The notes under the pieces: model-generated
Database searches by the model: none
Told to the model about the DNA's origin: nothing
Seen by the model: only the letters and a program-made list of their open reading frames with translations
Part shown: positions 12,317 to 25,345 of the stretch, piece by piece
Layout of the letters: each line of letters opens with the position of its first letter
Numbering within the stretch: position 1 is the first letter of the stretch
Origin: Octopus vulgaris
Lineage: Eukaryota
Direction: 5' to 3'
DNA: 64,000 nucleotides
Assembly (NCBI GenBank): GCA_951406725.2
Contig: OX597815.1
Coordinates: 131,812,001-131,876,000, forward strand
Made by a program: the position numbers and the translations under genes

Positions 12317-12837
12317 TTTATGAACATTACAAGATATTGTTAATGATAAAATATTATCATAAAAAGCGTGAAAACCATCCATTTTTAACTTCATTCAACT
12401 GATATATTATTCTATACACATTCGCACCAATTCGGAAAATATATATTTATATACACATATGCACTTGCTGACCAGATACTATTCAGTGTTATCGTCATTG
12501 TTATCCACACATTTATATCCGTGGCAATAATATCTTCCGTAATATCATTGTGATGTTAACTCTTACCTTTCAAAAAGATAATAAACATAAATTTTTTTAA
12601 TAAAATATTTAGAATTTGTAATTCAATAAGAACAAAAACATCTGCGTTATCAATATTTGAAACATTCCTGTATTGAGTGTCTCTGATGTCACAAATTATT
12701 CAGCTTGTCACGAGCACGTCATGTACGAAGTTTATACAAGACAAAAGGTGATATATTTACCTCACTAGAATATATTATCCTCTCTCTCTCGTTGTATGTA
12801 TGTAGATATGTATAAATGTATACAAACATATTCATTG

Positions 12838-12896
<59 letters not shown>

Positions 12897-12919
12897 CATA
12901 GATACACACACACATAAAT

Positions 12920-14822
12920 ATATATTATTTTTACGTATGAAAAAAACGGAGAGCGTGACATATAGACATCCATTTATTAGAAGATAATACAATTCTTGAT
13001 AATATCAAACACAATTTCCTCAACAATCGTCTCCATGCCCAGTTAAATCAATTTGAAAAATTAAATTAAATTAAATTTCTATATCGAATATTGTTAATTG
13101 GGTGTTTCATCAAGGGAAGAGTTTGATAGATGTGCTGTTTGACCCTTGATAGACTCAGATATGTGCATTTCAGCAGTCAATGTATTTAAAAAACCGTTAC
13201 ATATGTATACGTAAATGCAACATTTTTTAATATATTTGTACACGTGCGTGTGTAATGTGTTGAAAAAACAAAAACACAATATGCGTTAGTTAGCTTAAAC
13301 GATATTCCGATATAGGCGGCGAGCTGGCAGAAACGTTAGCACGTCGAGCGAAATTCGTAGCCGTATTTCGTCTGTCATTACGTTCCGAGTTCAAATTCCG
13401 CCGAGGTCGACTTTGCCTTTCATCCTTTCGGGGTCGATAAATTAAGTACCAGTTACGCACTGGGGTCGATGTAGTCGACTTAATCCCTTTGTCTGTCCGT
13501 GTTTGTCCCCTCTGTGTTTAGCCCCTTGTGGGTAATAAAGAAATAGATATTCCGATACGATTACTTTAAACTAGAAACCAAAAAACACCATTCCTAATTT
13601 AAACTATTACTTATGATAGACTTATAAAATTTCTTCTTGTACAGTTCTAATTTTCTACTGGGTACGTTTCTAATAGTAAAAAGAGCATCATTTCTATATA
13701 AACCTCCAGCAAATTCAAGAAAATCACTTCCTAAGATAAATAAAATATAAATACCATCTAAATCAGCAACTTGGGAAGAACCTGTGGAGCCCGTCGCAAT
13801 ATCAAAGCCTTCACACCTATCTTTCTTAATCCAATGCTAGTTTTCAAACTCTATAGTTGTTCTTCTGGCAGTCAAAATGATGGTAATTTCTTACATATTT
13901 AGATTCGATTTGTCTTTCAGAAACAAAATGGGCTTGTTCAAAACTATTTGGTTAATCGAAGAGTAATAACTATGAATATCTATTTGTATAAATTTATTTC
14001 TACTTTTGTATTACTTCGTGGGTATTAAACCAAAGTTGTTACTTCATGTTTTCCTTAAAGACCGGTATGTACTTATCTAAAATAGCCTTACTTAATTTAC
14101 CTATGTCCGAATTTCCTGAGCAAATCAATCTTACTTCACGGTTTCCATGAAAGTTGTTCTCGTGGTCCTTTAAGATAAACCTAGGTATTTTAGGAACAAA
14201 AGGTTCAGTTCTGTCATCCAATATGTAATTCTACATTATCTGTTTGGATAGTAAGTTCGTAGTTCTTAATATAGCTTTTTAAGTTATTTTGTAACTTTAT
14301 GTAATTTATATTTTTAATATTTCATGGGAGTACGATTATACCATTTTTACTTTTAAGTTCTGATACGATAGATTTAAGCTTCCTCAAATGCTCATTTCCT
14401 CTGTGGAGATATTTCTTCAATTTAATATCTTTAATAATTTTCCACAGTTTATACTCAAAGGTTTCAACGCGACTGTTTGGTGGTGGGTATCATTTAGTTT
14501 ACATGTACATAAGTAACGGTTTTCGAAATACATTGGGTGCTAAAATGCACATATCTGAGTCTATCATGGGTCAAGGAACACATCAGAATATAGCTCCTGT
14601 TTATCAAATTCATCCTTTGATGAAATACCCAATTATCGATATTCAATATACGAATTTAATGTAATCTAATTTAATTTCTCACATTGATTTAATTGGGCAT
14701 AGAAACAATTGTAGATGAAACTGAGTTTGATATTGTTCAGAAAGGTATAGTTCTAATAATAAAGTGATGGCTATATGTCAGTTTCTCCGTCTTCTTTTAC
14801 TCATACATAAAAAATAATAAAA
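12920..14822 (-). mobile_element. Penelope-like relic with inverted terminal pseudo-LTRs
   Basis: ORF 14039-14221 has LKDHENNF..VRLICSGNSDIGKLSKAILD; downstream FIQIDIHSYYSSI and FDIATGSTGSSQVADL (PLE RT motifs). 12920-13200 and 14512-14822 are diverged inverted copies. Confidence 0.75.
13314..13545 (+). mobile_element. Meta-domain tRNA SINE with 12-bp TSD
   Basis: Full-length copy; TSD GATATTCCGATA at 13301-13312 and 13546-13557. Confidence 0.9.
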
Positions 14823-15027
14823 TTTAATATACACATATCCATACTCTAACATGTTTGGTTTTTTACAGATACGCTGGATATGATCGGAGAACTAGGGATG
14901 CTGACACCTCTTTAACAGAATTTTTATCCTTGATTTAGGTATGTATGTATATATGTATATATATACATACATCGTTGGCGATTTCTTTTCCTCTGTCTTC
15001 CCTTCTCTGGATCTTTCCGTCTCCTAT

Positions 15028-15062
15028 ATTTCCGACGAAGAGCTCCGGTCGATACGTTAAAC
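15028..15062 (+). ncRNA. Decayed minimal HHR
   Basis: TTT-CCGACGA-A-GAGC-tcc-GGTC-GATAC-GTT-AAA; same layout as 1105-1142 but with core mutations. Confidence 0.4.
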
Positions 15063-15152
15063 CCTCCTTCTTTCCTGAGCGTCCAATAATACTATATTTG
15101 TTCCACGTCCTCGCGTTGTTGTGTTTTTTCGTGCTTTCTTGTTTGGATTAAC

Positions 15153-15185
<33 letters not shown>

Positions 15186-15299
15186 ACACATACACACATA
15201 TCTATATATACATACATATATATGTTATATATGTACATACAAATATATACGTATATATGTACACACACACACACACTATATATATATATATATATATAT

Positions 15300-15512
15300 G
15301 CCCACAGGGGGCTACACAGATAGGGGACAAACAAAAGGATTCAGTCGATTACATCGAGCCCAGTGTTCAACTGGTATTTATTTAATCGATCCCGAAAGGA
15401 TGAAAGGCAAAGTCGACCTCGGCGGAATTTGAACTCAGAACCTAAGCGCAGAGGAAATACCACCGAGTATTTCGCCCGGAGTGCTACCGAATCTGCCAGC
15501 ATACTACGCCGT
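15300..15512 (-). mobile_element. Meta-domain tRNA SINE
   Basis: Reverse-complement match to 4646-4875. Confidence 0.85.
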
Positions 15513-17937
15513 AAAGCTAATCGCTTTATGGAGGTGACACCCAAGGGAATCCCATAAACCAACCTTGTTTAACTTTATTTATATTATATATTCCTCTATA
15601 GCTTAGAATGTACCACTTTTTTGGGACTTATGCTTTACCGAAGACATATATACATAATTACTTCTTTGAACAGTGCATCTTTTCGAGGCATAAGAAATAA
15701 ATATCGAGTTATAAGACCCTTAAAGTGTCATTTCATCATTTAGTATCGCAAAAAATTGATGAATTAATTTTAGGTGTTAATCTAAATCACTTCTCGTCGC
15801 TCAGATGTGGGCGGAGCTGTGAAATTGTATCGGTTGTGATCGGGTTACAGATGTATGACGAGTATTGTGACAATACATAAAATAGACTTAAATTAAAAGC
15901 GAAGTTAAATGTTCTGTGCTATTAGATATCTCTTCCACAATGTATATTACTTCAGTTTCAACTCACGTCACGTAGTAGACAATTACTATTCTGAAACATG
16001 TAAATACATGTACACGCAGTATTTTACATACGTACGTACGTACGTACATACAGGCATACCAACACACACACACATATATATATATATATAGATAGATAGA
16101 TATCGTATGTAAGTACACAAACACGCATGCATGCACATGTGTGAGTGTGTGTGTGTGCATATTCGTATATTTTATGGTATGGTATGCATGTATATGTATT
16201 TATATATAATTACTTACATTAACATACTGTAGTCCATTTTAATTTATAAATCGAGGTAAGTTATTTCTCAAGAGTTCTCTACAATTAATTAGAAATTAAT
16301 TAGTGCTGTAGGCCATAAAACAATGACAATACAGGTTTAACTTCTAATAACGTTATTGCTAGCTTCTGGTAAACTTACATTCTTTAACCTGCCAGTGTAT
16401 ATCAATATTCCTGTAACTATTTAAATGTTTTAGCAGCGGGAGTGGCCAATAAAACCGCTGAATGGATAGCTGTCCGCCACGAGAAATTAAATGCGAGCTT
16501 ACGGTAACCTGCAGTCCGTACGGAGCGAATCATCTTACGGCATTTGAATAAAGCATATACATGCACTCTGTTAGTGTGTAAGATATTAAGCCAAAATTAT
16601 TAGGAACGATTTATATGTTATTTTGGACCTGTCAAGGTGCAATCCATTTTGATTAATTTGTGATGCTGTTCCCTGATAGTGTTCGATTGTTAATTAGAAT
16701 CTAGAAGTATGGCCGATATCAATGTGAAATTTATAAGCGGATAGTATGAATTCAAATATACTCATATAAAGAAATGCCTGCAGGCACACACAAAAGCACG
16801 TGCACACATCGCACGCATATGTACTCTACCTCCTGGGATGTGTATATGATTCAGAATATATTCGCGTCTCTTTCTTTTCGTCCGGTGCAGAAGGTTGGGG
16901 ATTCAAATGAAGGCTTAGTATATGTGGTAATCAACATAAGGTGAGCCAAACAACGGAAGAACATTCTTTTCATCACTCTCATATATACAAACACATGCAT
17001 ACGTATATGCACACATATATACGTACATACATACATACAAAAACAAGAGAGAAAACTGATTCGAATACTACAGATCCTGTCCCTCACTGGAACTATACAA
17101 ATCTGTAAAAGTGTCTAGAAGTTTATCATTTAAATATATATGAGCATGCCTAGAGATGCAAATAAAGGCTCGAGAATACATATATAAAACTTACAAATCT
17201 GCACATACATACATACGCAAATACATACATGCATGCATACATACAAACAAAAATAACCTGTTGTTGATGTTGAAATTCCAGTGAAGGAGACTTGGATCTA
17301 GGTTAGAAATGGGTTCTTTCTACATCGGCAAGAAAACTTGAAACAAACTGAATAATGACATACACACATACGTACGCACGTATCTGATTATAGTGATAGT
17401 TCCTATTTCGTACTTAACATAATTAAGTTGGTCGACGAAGGAATAAAAATGTATATCAGCGGTATGTTTATCTCTCGTATCAACAATGATGTATGTTCCA
17501 AATATGTCGGAAACGACAGGGATGTTGTATACGTTTATGCCTGCAAGTAAAACTGAATCAACAAAGGTATATTTTAGCAGATATAGGAAGACTTGGAGTT
17601 CTCCGCATTCAAGAAAACCATATTCAACAATGTTTTTGCAGTGCCAGAGGTAGTAGCCACATTTGAGATATCGGATTGAAAACTTGAAAAAAACTAATGG
17701 AAAAGTCCACGTCACTAGCAACACTGCCAAAATCTATGTTACAACAATGAATAAAGTAGAAGCATAAGATCTGTGTAAACGTGGTTTGAGTGTTGCAACG
17801 TATCATTTAGAAAACAGCTGCTGAGCAATAAAACAAAGAAATGAGTATATCACATGTAAACTCAACGACGAAGCCTTCCTGAATATATACGTCCGTGTTT
17901 GTGAATGGATTTAAATTTTATATATATCTGGGTGTGC

Positions 17938-18301
17938 GGAGGCGCAATGACCCAGTGGTTAAGGCAGCGGTCTCATGGTCATAGGATCGAGGTTTCGATT
18001 CTCAGACCGGGCGTTGCGAGTGGTTATTGAGCAAAAACTTCCTAAAACTCCACGTCTCCGCCAGGGGGGGGGGGCGAACCCTTCTGTATGCTTTCACCAC
18101 AACTTCCTCTCACTATTTCTGTTGTACCTGTATTTCAAAGGGTTTTGTCACACTCTGTGTCACGCTGAATCTCCACTGAGAACCACGTTAAGGGTACATG
18201 CATCTGTTGAGTTCTCAGCCCCTTGCATGTTAATTTCACGAGCAGGCTGTTCCGTTGATCGGATCAACTGGAACCCTCGTCGTCGTAACCGACGGAGTGC
18301 C
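17938..18301 (+). mobile_element. tRNA-derived SINE family B (GGAGGCGCAATGGCCCAGTGG head)
   Basis: A-box TGACCCAGTGG, B-box GTTTCGATTCT; body shared with 23345-23702 and 23959-24352. Confidence 0.85.
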
Positions 18302-18318
18302 ATTCTTTCTTTCTCTCT

Positions 18319-18356
<38 letters not shown>

Positions 18357-18480
18357 AGAGAGAACATGAAGACGGATGAAATACCCCTTAGTATTTCACC
18401 CAGCATGCTAACGATTCTGTCAGCTCCTCGCCTTTGTGATGATGATGATGATAACAACAACAACAATAATAATAATAATA

Positions 18481-18540
<60 letters not shown>

Positions 18541-18541
<1 letters not shown>

Positions 18542-19070
18542 GATGCAGTACCGGGCAGTGGCTCTCATGGCTCCTGATCTTAACTGATTGGAAGTGTTAT
18601 CATGAACATTGTTTTGTCTTGGTATAAAAGATGGGCTACAGCAAATATTCTGCTCAATACCACAGATTTGCTTGTCAGTTGTTTGACCTTAACCAGTTGA
18701 CTATGTCCTTTAGTGGCTGATGATATGTGCATCTCTGATCCTGAGCAGAAGTGGCGGGGGATCATCATAGCCATGTGTTGAGAGGGAGTCTTTGGGGTTT
18801 GAATAAGTCACCTCTGGAAGCATGGGTGGTTCGTTCAACATCCTTAAAAAACCCTTATGCAAGGACCTTTTGAGCGAGATGGGTTACTCGACAAGACGAA
18901 AATTCTAACTGGGTCCCACCTGCAAGTCATGTGCTGTTTATCTTGATATGAGTTCACTATGTTGCGCACATATTGTTATGAGATCACTATGTTGTGCACA
19001 TACGGTTGTGATACATGTGCCTGGTGTACCCTTATCAGACGGGTAGTTATGATGGGTATATTGGGCTTTG
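18541..19070 (+). mobile_element. Non-coding interspersed repeat abutting (AAT)n
   Basis: Second copy in reverse orientation at 35168-35715; both abut AAT tracts. Confidence 0.75.
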
Positions 19071-19289
19071 GGTGTAGAAAATCAAGAACGATTTTGTTCA
19101 AAATTAGGATTTACAAAACTGTAGGGTGAAGCACATATGCAGCTGGATTTGTTTTGTAGACTCGCCTGCAAAGTTATTTAACGAATAGCAATATTAGCAT
19201 TGGTAAACGTTTAATCATCATAAATTATTATATTCTTTTCTGTTTACATGGAGTTACTTCCGCTTGAAATGAAAAGAATACATTGCCAA

Positions 19290-19790
19290 GAAAGAGAGAT
19301 GTAAGACATGCTAAGATCGCAAACCATAGTGAACTGGTTGGAGACCAGGAACGTAAGAACTACAAATCGGACCTAGCAGCGGTGGGCAAAGGAAACCACA
19401 TGTGCTCTCTAATTGATGTTGCGTCCCCATTTGAACCACAGAAAGTTAAAAAGGAAGGCGAGTAAGTAGACCTGTACAATCTTCTTACATGTGTCATAGC
19501 CCGACTGTGGAAGACGAAGAACGTAAAGATGGTGCCAATTATTGTTGAGCCCTTGGGTACGGTATCAAAAGATAATAAGAGGAATATAAAGTAAATGGGA
19601 ATAGAGTGCCCGGTAGAGCAGTTGGAAACCTTTATCTCCTTGGCAACGCCAGAATCATCAGAAATGTATTAGGTAGTTGGAGTGAACAAAAACGTGGTAT
19701 CGTAGTCTGTAGGTAACAAGCCGCTAGTATATGCAAGATTCTAAGTGCAGCAGGTGAAGCAGTAGAAATTTCCCTGAAACTATCAGACGT
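19290..19790 (+). mobile_element. RLE-type (R4/Dong-like) LINE 3' fragment
   Basis: KSDLAAVGKGNHMCSLIDVASPFE..KKEGE*VDLY..IARLWKTKNVKMVPIIVEPLGTVS...ARIIRNVLG, a PD-(D/E)xK endonuclease C-terminus. Confidence 0.75.
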
Positions 19791-20345
19791 CGAATAATAT
19801 AAATAATAAGTTTCTCTACTAAAGGCATAAGGCCTGAAATTTTGTGGGGAGTGTACTAATCGACCTCGAAAGGATGAAATTCCGAAAACGGCGGAATTTG
19901 AACTCAGAAAGCAAAGACAAACTGCCCTTAAGCACTTTGCACGGCGTGCTATTCGCTCGGCTCACTGCTTATTAGCGTTTCGGCACAAGGCCAGTAATTG
20001 TAGAGGGTAAGAGTAGTAAGTAATATTGATTTCAGTAACTGATTGGTGCTTTATTATGTCCACTCTGAGAGGATGAAAAGTAAAGTTGATCTCAAGGAGA
20101 TTCCTACTCACAACATAAATAACCGGAACAAATGATGTTACGCATTTTAACTATTTTACCTTTAACTAGTCCGCCAGCTCGTCAACTTAACGATAATATT
20201 GAAAATAAAAATAATAAGCATAAGCGTTTACGTAAAACGAGTAAAACAGTATATGAAGAACAATTCTAGGAAATATGGACGTTACCTGTATTTGTTATTT
20301 CTTACATAGTTTCTAATTCTCTGTAACTTTTAATTCTCCTTCCTC

Positions 20346-20378
20346 TGTTTGATGAAAGGTTTCACTCGAAACGCCAAG
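20346..20378 (+). ncRNA. Decayed minimal HHR-like motif
   Basis: TTGATGA-A-AGGT-ttc-ACTC-GAAAC-GCC; cleavage U lost and stem I poor. Confidence 0.3.
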
Positions 20379-22307
20379 TTTTCTTCTGCTTCTTCCTTTG
20401 ATGTATTTAGCTTCATTGTACACTCATTTGATTTTTGCATTATCGCTTTATATTTCTATACTATTTTATTTTCCTGTTTTCGTATGTCTGTCTCCGTGTA
20501 TTATGTGGTTTTTTTGTCCCATCTGAATGATACTCATGCTATTCCGTCCTTCATCCATCTGCCTATACATCTGTCTTTCTATTTAACTATCTATCTATCT
20601 ATCTATTTATCTATATATTTATCAGTCTTGCTGTCTGTCTTTCTGTCTTTCTTCATTTCTCTATCGATATATGTATAAATATGTATGCATATATATGCAA
20701 ATTTGTACGCATACCAAATTTCACTGGTACAGCAAAGGACACTTGGTCAAAGTAGCAATTGATGAGGTTAAACTCTAGTTTCAAAGCCACTATCTTGTAA
20801 TAACTGTTTATATATATATATATATATATATATTTCTCCCGTATTTTGTACAAGATATTTAGTATATTGCGAAATACAAGAGACAGCTACTTGTTTATTT
20901 TGTATCTACCTATTTCATGATGTTTTCATAGTAGAACTCTGCAATATTCGTGATGTGTCATCAGTTGTTTACGTATTGTTTTCGTTGGAAAATTGATTCT
21001 TTAGAGTTTCCATAGCAGGTAGTCTTCGGTCAAGGAATATTTAATGCAAATTCATCAAAACTCTAAGTTGTCATCCTTTGATACATGCGTTCCAATAACC
21101 AATAAAGTAAACTGTTTACGTGACTTTTAGTAAATAACAACTTGCCGTATTTACATGCTTTGCTAGATAGTCACATCAGAAGCAGCGGAAGGCAGTGATA
21201 GCCAGAGGCATGATAAGAGTAACATCAATAAAGACGCTCAGAATGTATTTTCAAAGTAAATAACAGAATTAAATAAGAAATAGATGTTGAAAATATGAAA
21301 AATCTATATATAGGGATACAAATCTAAACGTTTGCACATGTATTTTCTACAATAGAATACAAAAGAAGGAACAGAGATTGGAAATATTAAATTCATTGAA
21401 AAATTACAGCACGAATAGCAACAGCACACTCACTAACAACAATATTTATTTCCGTTTAAAAGTAATTCCAAAGAGAGATAGAAAAAATCCATCGAAAGAA
21501 AATATTCTATTTCGTTGCTCGATTTTTTTATCCTGAAAAATTGGGCACAAAATTGATATCACGCTTGTTTAACAAGCACTGTGGTAGTTTTCATTTTGAC
21601 CTTGAAAGAGAAGTCAGAAAAAAACGGATCAATATGCAACAGACGGTGCACTGTATCGCCTAGGAAAATCGTATTGAAGCTTTTGACTAGTTTAGAAAGA
21701 CTGAAGACAAAACAAGGAGGTATGCAGAGTTAGACGCTGTATAACTGTTCACTGCATTGCACCCTAATACATGGATCTGAATAACACTAGGGTTACAATA
21801 AATGTTGAAAAGGACACCAAATATAGGCTTATAATTACGTTTGTGAGTGTAAAAGTGCTCCGCATCCACAAGTTTCCGGGCGGGACTGTGGGGATAAGCC
21901 AGCTAAGCTGAATATTACACAAAGGGAATAATTTTCTAATAAAGTAGATTGTGATTTGGTAAGTTTATTTCTTTTTATTTGTGTTTGCTTTGTGCAGTAA
22001 ATTTCATCATGCGACAAGTTGTATTTTCCACAGGTCCGGTTATTATAAATATGTGCATTCACAGAGGATTTGTAACCAATTTGTGATAGGCATTGTATTG
22101 TAAGTATATGCTTTTTTATCCTAGGTGGAAAAGATTATTATTATTATTGTCGTTATTGTTAAGAGCGCTAAAATGCTTAGCGGTATATCGTCCCTCCTTA
22201 TGCTCTGAATTCATATACTTCCAGGATCGACTTTGCATTTCATTCCTTTTCAGGGTCTATAAAATAAATGTCAGTTCAATCTTCGGGTCAATGTAATCAA
22301 CTAGCAA

Positions 22308-22517
22308 GGCGGCGAGCTGGCAGAAACGTTAGCACGCCAGGCGAAATGCTTAGCAGTATTTCGTATGTCTTTACTTTCTGAATCCAAATTCCGCCGAGGT
22401 CGACGTTACCTTTCATCCTTTCGGGATCACTAAATTAAGTACCGGTTGTGTACTGGGGTCGATTTAATCGACTGGCCCCCTCCCCAAATATTTCGGGCCT
22501 TGTAGGTAGAGTAGAAA
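22308..22517 (+). mobile_element. Meta-domain SINE nested in an older copy, 16-bp TSD
   Basis: AATGTAATC(A/G)ACTAGC on both sides; the older copy spans about 22160-22580. Confidence 0.8.
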
Positions 22518-23344
22518 AATGTAATCGACTAGCCATTTTTCTCAAAATTTCTGGCATTGTACCAAACTTTGAAACCATTATTAAGAGTGTTGGCAGTATT
22601 AGATAAATATTTTGCGGTATTTATTCCGAGACTTTACATTCTAAACTCAAATCCCATTGTGGTCACCTTTGTCTTTCTTTCATCTGGGACTGATTATGTA
22701 ACACACTATTTACGTATTTTGATCGGTGGTATTGATTACCGCCCGACTATAAGAATACCTGGTTTGAGCTTATATCAGAAATCACAATTATGGTTGTTCA
22801 TGTAGTTTGTTGATGAGAATGCATTTCTGGAACGATATATCTTTGTAACCTGGTTATATCATTACAATATAAGTTTAATTCTCTCTCTTTTTTTTTTATC
22901 TATGCTTTGAGTTTTATAAATTTGACAGTTTGGAGTTCACTGAGAGTCTACTCTGTTCACTGTTTCGAGTAGAAATGTCCTCATATTTTTGGTGGTGAGT
23001 GGGAATGAGATACAGATGTGCAGTAGAAATGTATTTCTTCGATGCCCAGTTATGTCTTTTATTTTTTGATTTGGGAGCTCTGTAGAGATGCGTTGGACTC
23101 TATATTTCTAGTTCATGTAGCCACTATAGAACGCATCTTTGTCGATTTATGCGTCTATACTGATATAAAAATAGTAGAGTGTGCGCATAATGAGGTTTGG
23201 TTGCTATTTCTAGCAATCATAGCTGCTATATTATTATTTACTCCATTATCTTATACACACACAATTAAGTAGGGTATGATTTGAGGTATATATAATCCAT
23301 GATTCTACCAGGTGTAACGATCATTGGTGACCCTGTTGGACCAG

Positions 23345-23702
23345 GCTCTCCGTTGGTTACTACGACGTGGGTTCCATTTGATCCAATCAACGGAACAGCC
23401 TGCTCGTGAAATTAACGTGCAAGTGGCTAAGCACTCTAGAGACACATGTACCCCTAACGTAGTTCTCCGCGTGACACAGAGTGTGACGAGGATGGCCTTT
23501 GAAATACAGGGGCAACAGAAACAGGAAGAAAGAGTGAGAGAAAGTTGCGGTAAAAGAATACAGCGGGGTTTGCCACAACCCCCTGCCAGTGCCTCGTGGA
23601 GCTTTAAGTGATTTCGCTCAATAAACACTCACATCTGGGAATCGAAACCGCGATCCTATGACAGCAAGTCCGCTGTCCTAACCACTGGGCCATTGCACCT
23701 CC
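23345..23702 (-). mobile_element. tRNA SINE family B
   Basis: Reverse complement of 23959-24352. Confidence 0.85.
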
Positions 23703-23958
23703 GTTGGAGCAGGGCTCTACCAAATTATATAATGCTTCATCAAAATATGACGTATTTAAGAGATGTATGGTGTGAGAAGGAAACCTTGAAAATCTTGTCG
23801 ATGAACGTTTGTTTGGAAAATGAGAAACTACGCAATCCGAAACTCAAACATCGCAACCAGAGGTGCTTTTTTTTAAGAACCAAAAAGAAATAAGCGTGTT
23901 GGTGCAAGAAGAAATCTGTTGTATCGCACGGTTCGACGTACGATATAACTGGATAAAT

Positions 23959-24352
23959 GGAGGCGTAATGGCCCAGTGGTTAGGGCAGCGGACTCGCGGT
24001 CATAGGATCGCGGTTTCGATTCCCAGACCGGGCGTTGTGAGTGTTTATTGAGCGAAAACACCTAAAAGCTCCACGAGGCTCCGGCAGGGGATGGTGGTGA
24101 TCCCTGCTGTACTCTTTCACCACAACTTTCTCTCACTCTTACTTCCTATTTCTGTTGTACCTGTATTTCAAAGGGCCGGCCTTGTCACTCTCTGTGTCAC
24201 GCTGAATATCCCCGAGAACTACGTTAAGGGTACATGTGTCTGTGGAGTGCTCAGCCACTTACACGTTAATTTCACGAGCAGGCTGTTCCGTTGATTCGGA
24301 TCAACCGGAACCCTCGTCGTCGTAACCGACGGAGTGCTTCCATTCCATTCCC
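23959..24352 (+). mobile_element. tRNA SINE family B, full length, (CCATT)n tail, 11-bp TSD
   Basis: A/B boxes; TSD ATAACTGGATA at 23945-23955 and 24353-24363. Confidence 0.9.
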
Positions 24353-24885
24353 ATAACTGGATAGTAATGCCCTTACAAATCGTTCTACTCAAGATACTGG
24401 TAATAACTCATGACAATACGCAACTCTCGGCTTAACTAATTTCTTTATTCGGCACACAGACCATGACACAGACGGGAAAACACAAGGATATAACAAAAAC
24501 ATTTAGGGGCTGGGGTTATACCTTAGAATATAATGAAACCGAAATGAATTTTAAAATTATATCATGATATATTTTTGGGTTCGTGTTCGACCCGTCGGTT
24601 TTTTTCCTTCGTTTTGTTTTTTTTTCCGTTTACTCTCGGATTATCTCCTCAAGACTATCTGCGTATATCCATTTATATTGTGGCACAGTCCATTAGGAGC
24701 CAGCCAATAAAAGTGCTCTACTTCCATACAACAAAATCAAAGGTAAATTTCGGTAATACGTGGAAAATAAGTAAGATTTTTCTCATTGCTCCTTCCATCA
24801 ACTTTTAGCTGGAAAACGTAGAGCGTGATCCGGCAATATATTTAGCTGTTCTTTACCCTAACAAATACGTTATGCCAAGTTATAC

Positions 24886-24932
<47 letters not shown>

Positions 24933-24936
<4 letters not shown>

Positions 24937-25345
24937 AAAAATTATAAAAAGGCAGAATGCTAAGTTGAAGGTAAATTTTAATAAAAATGGGTGTATGAAA
25001 AATTAGAAAAAGAAAAAAGAAAATTAACTCTAATCGGTTTTCATCGCAAAGCAAATTTTCAAGAATTGAAAGGCGAAGAGAAATATTTTTTTTAAATTGA
25101 GGAAGGGGAAAAAAGAAATAATAAGCATATACAAAAATTATACTTATTTTTTCATTTTTGTATATGTTTATTATTTTTTTTTTTTGAAAAAACATTGTAA
25201 ATTTCTTTTTTCCCCTTCTTCAATTTAAAAAAAAGAATTCTTTTCACCTTTCAATTTTTGAAAATTTGCTTTGCTATGTAAACCGATTAAAGTTAATATT
25301 TTTAAAATTATTTTTTTAATTTTTTGCCTTTTTATAATTTTTCCT
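24933..25345. repeat. Imperfect ~410-bp foldback palindrome
   Basis: Outer arms gaaaaattataaaaaggca/tgcctttttataatttttc; inner arms aatcggttt..caaagcaaattttcaa.aattgaaagg.gaa..aaattga.gaaggggaaaaaagaaat and their reverse complement at 25200-25295. Confidence 0.8.

Larger units (their letters stand above)
10460..12320 (+). mobile_element. Penelope-like retroelement (RT C-terminus, linker, GIY-YIG), degenerate, interrupted by Tc1
   Basis: WKRYLGSCFLIW (decayed YxDD), LKFTRE...LPLLDI, TDIYYKSTDTYHYLYFKSCH...NIPY. Resumes at 11488 (ELKDFLLKQKYP, RQPHNLKKLFTKAKF), then YCIKCPDC..YIGETG. Confidence 0.85.

Noticed and set aside
17430-17810. Complex patch that could be an exon or an APE endonuclease relic
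   Set aside because: Stops in all frames and no motif I can name confidently
21860-21900. GGGCGG GC-box-like motif
   Set aside because: Isolated motif with no CpG island or linked gene
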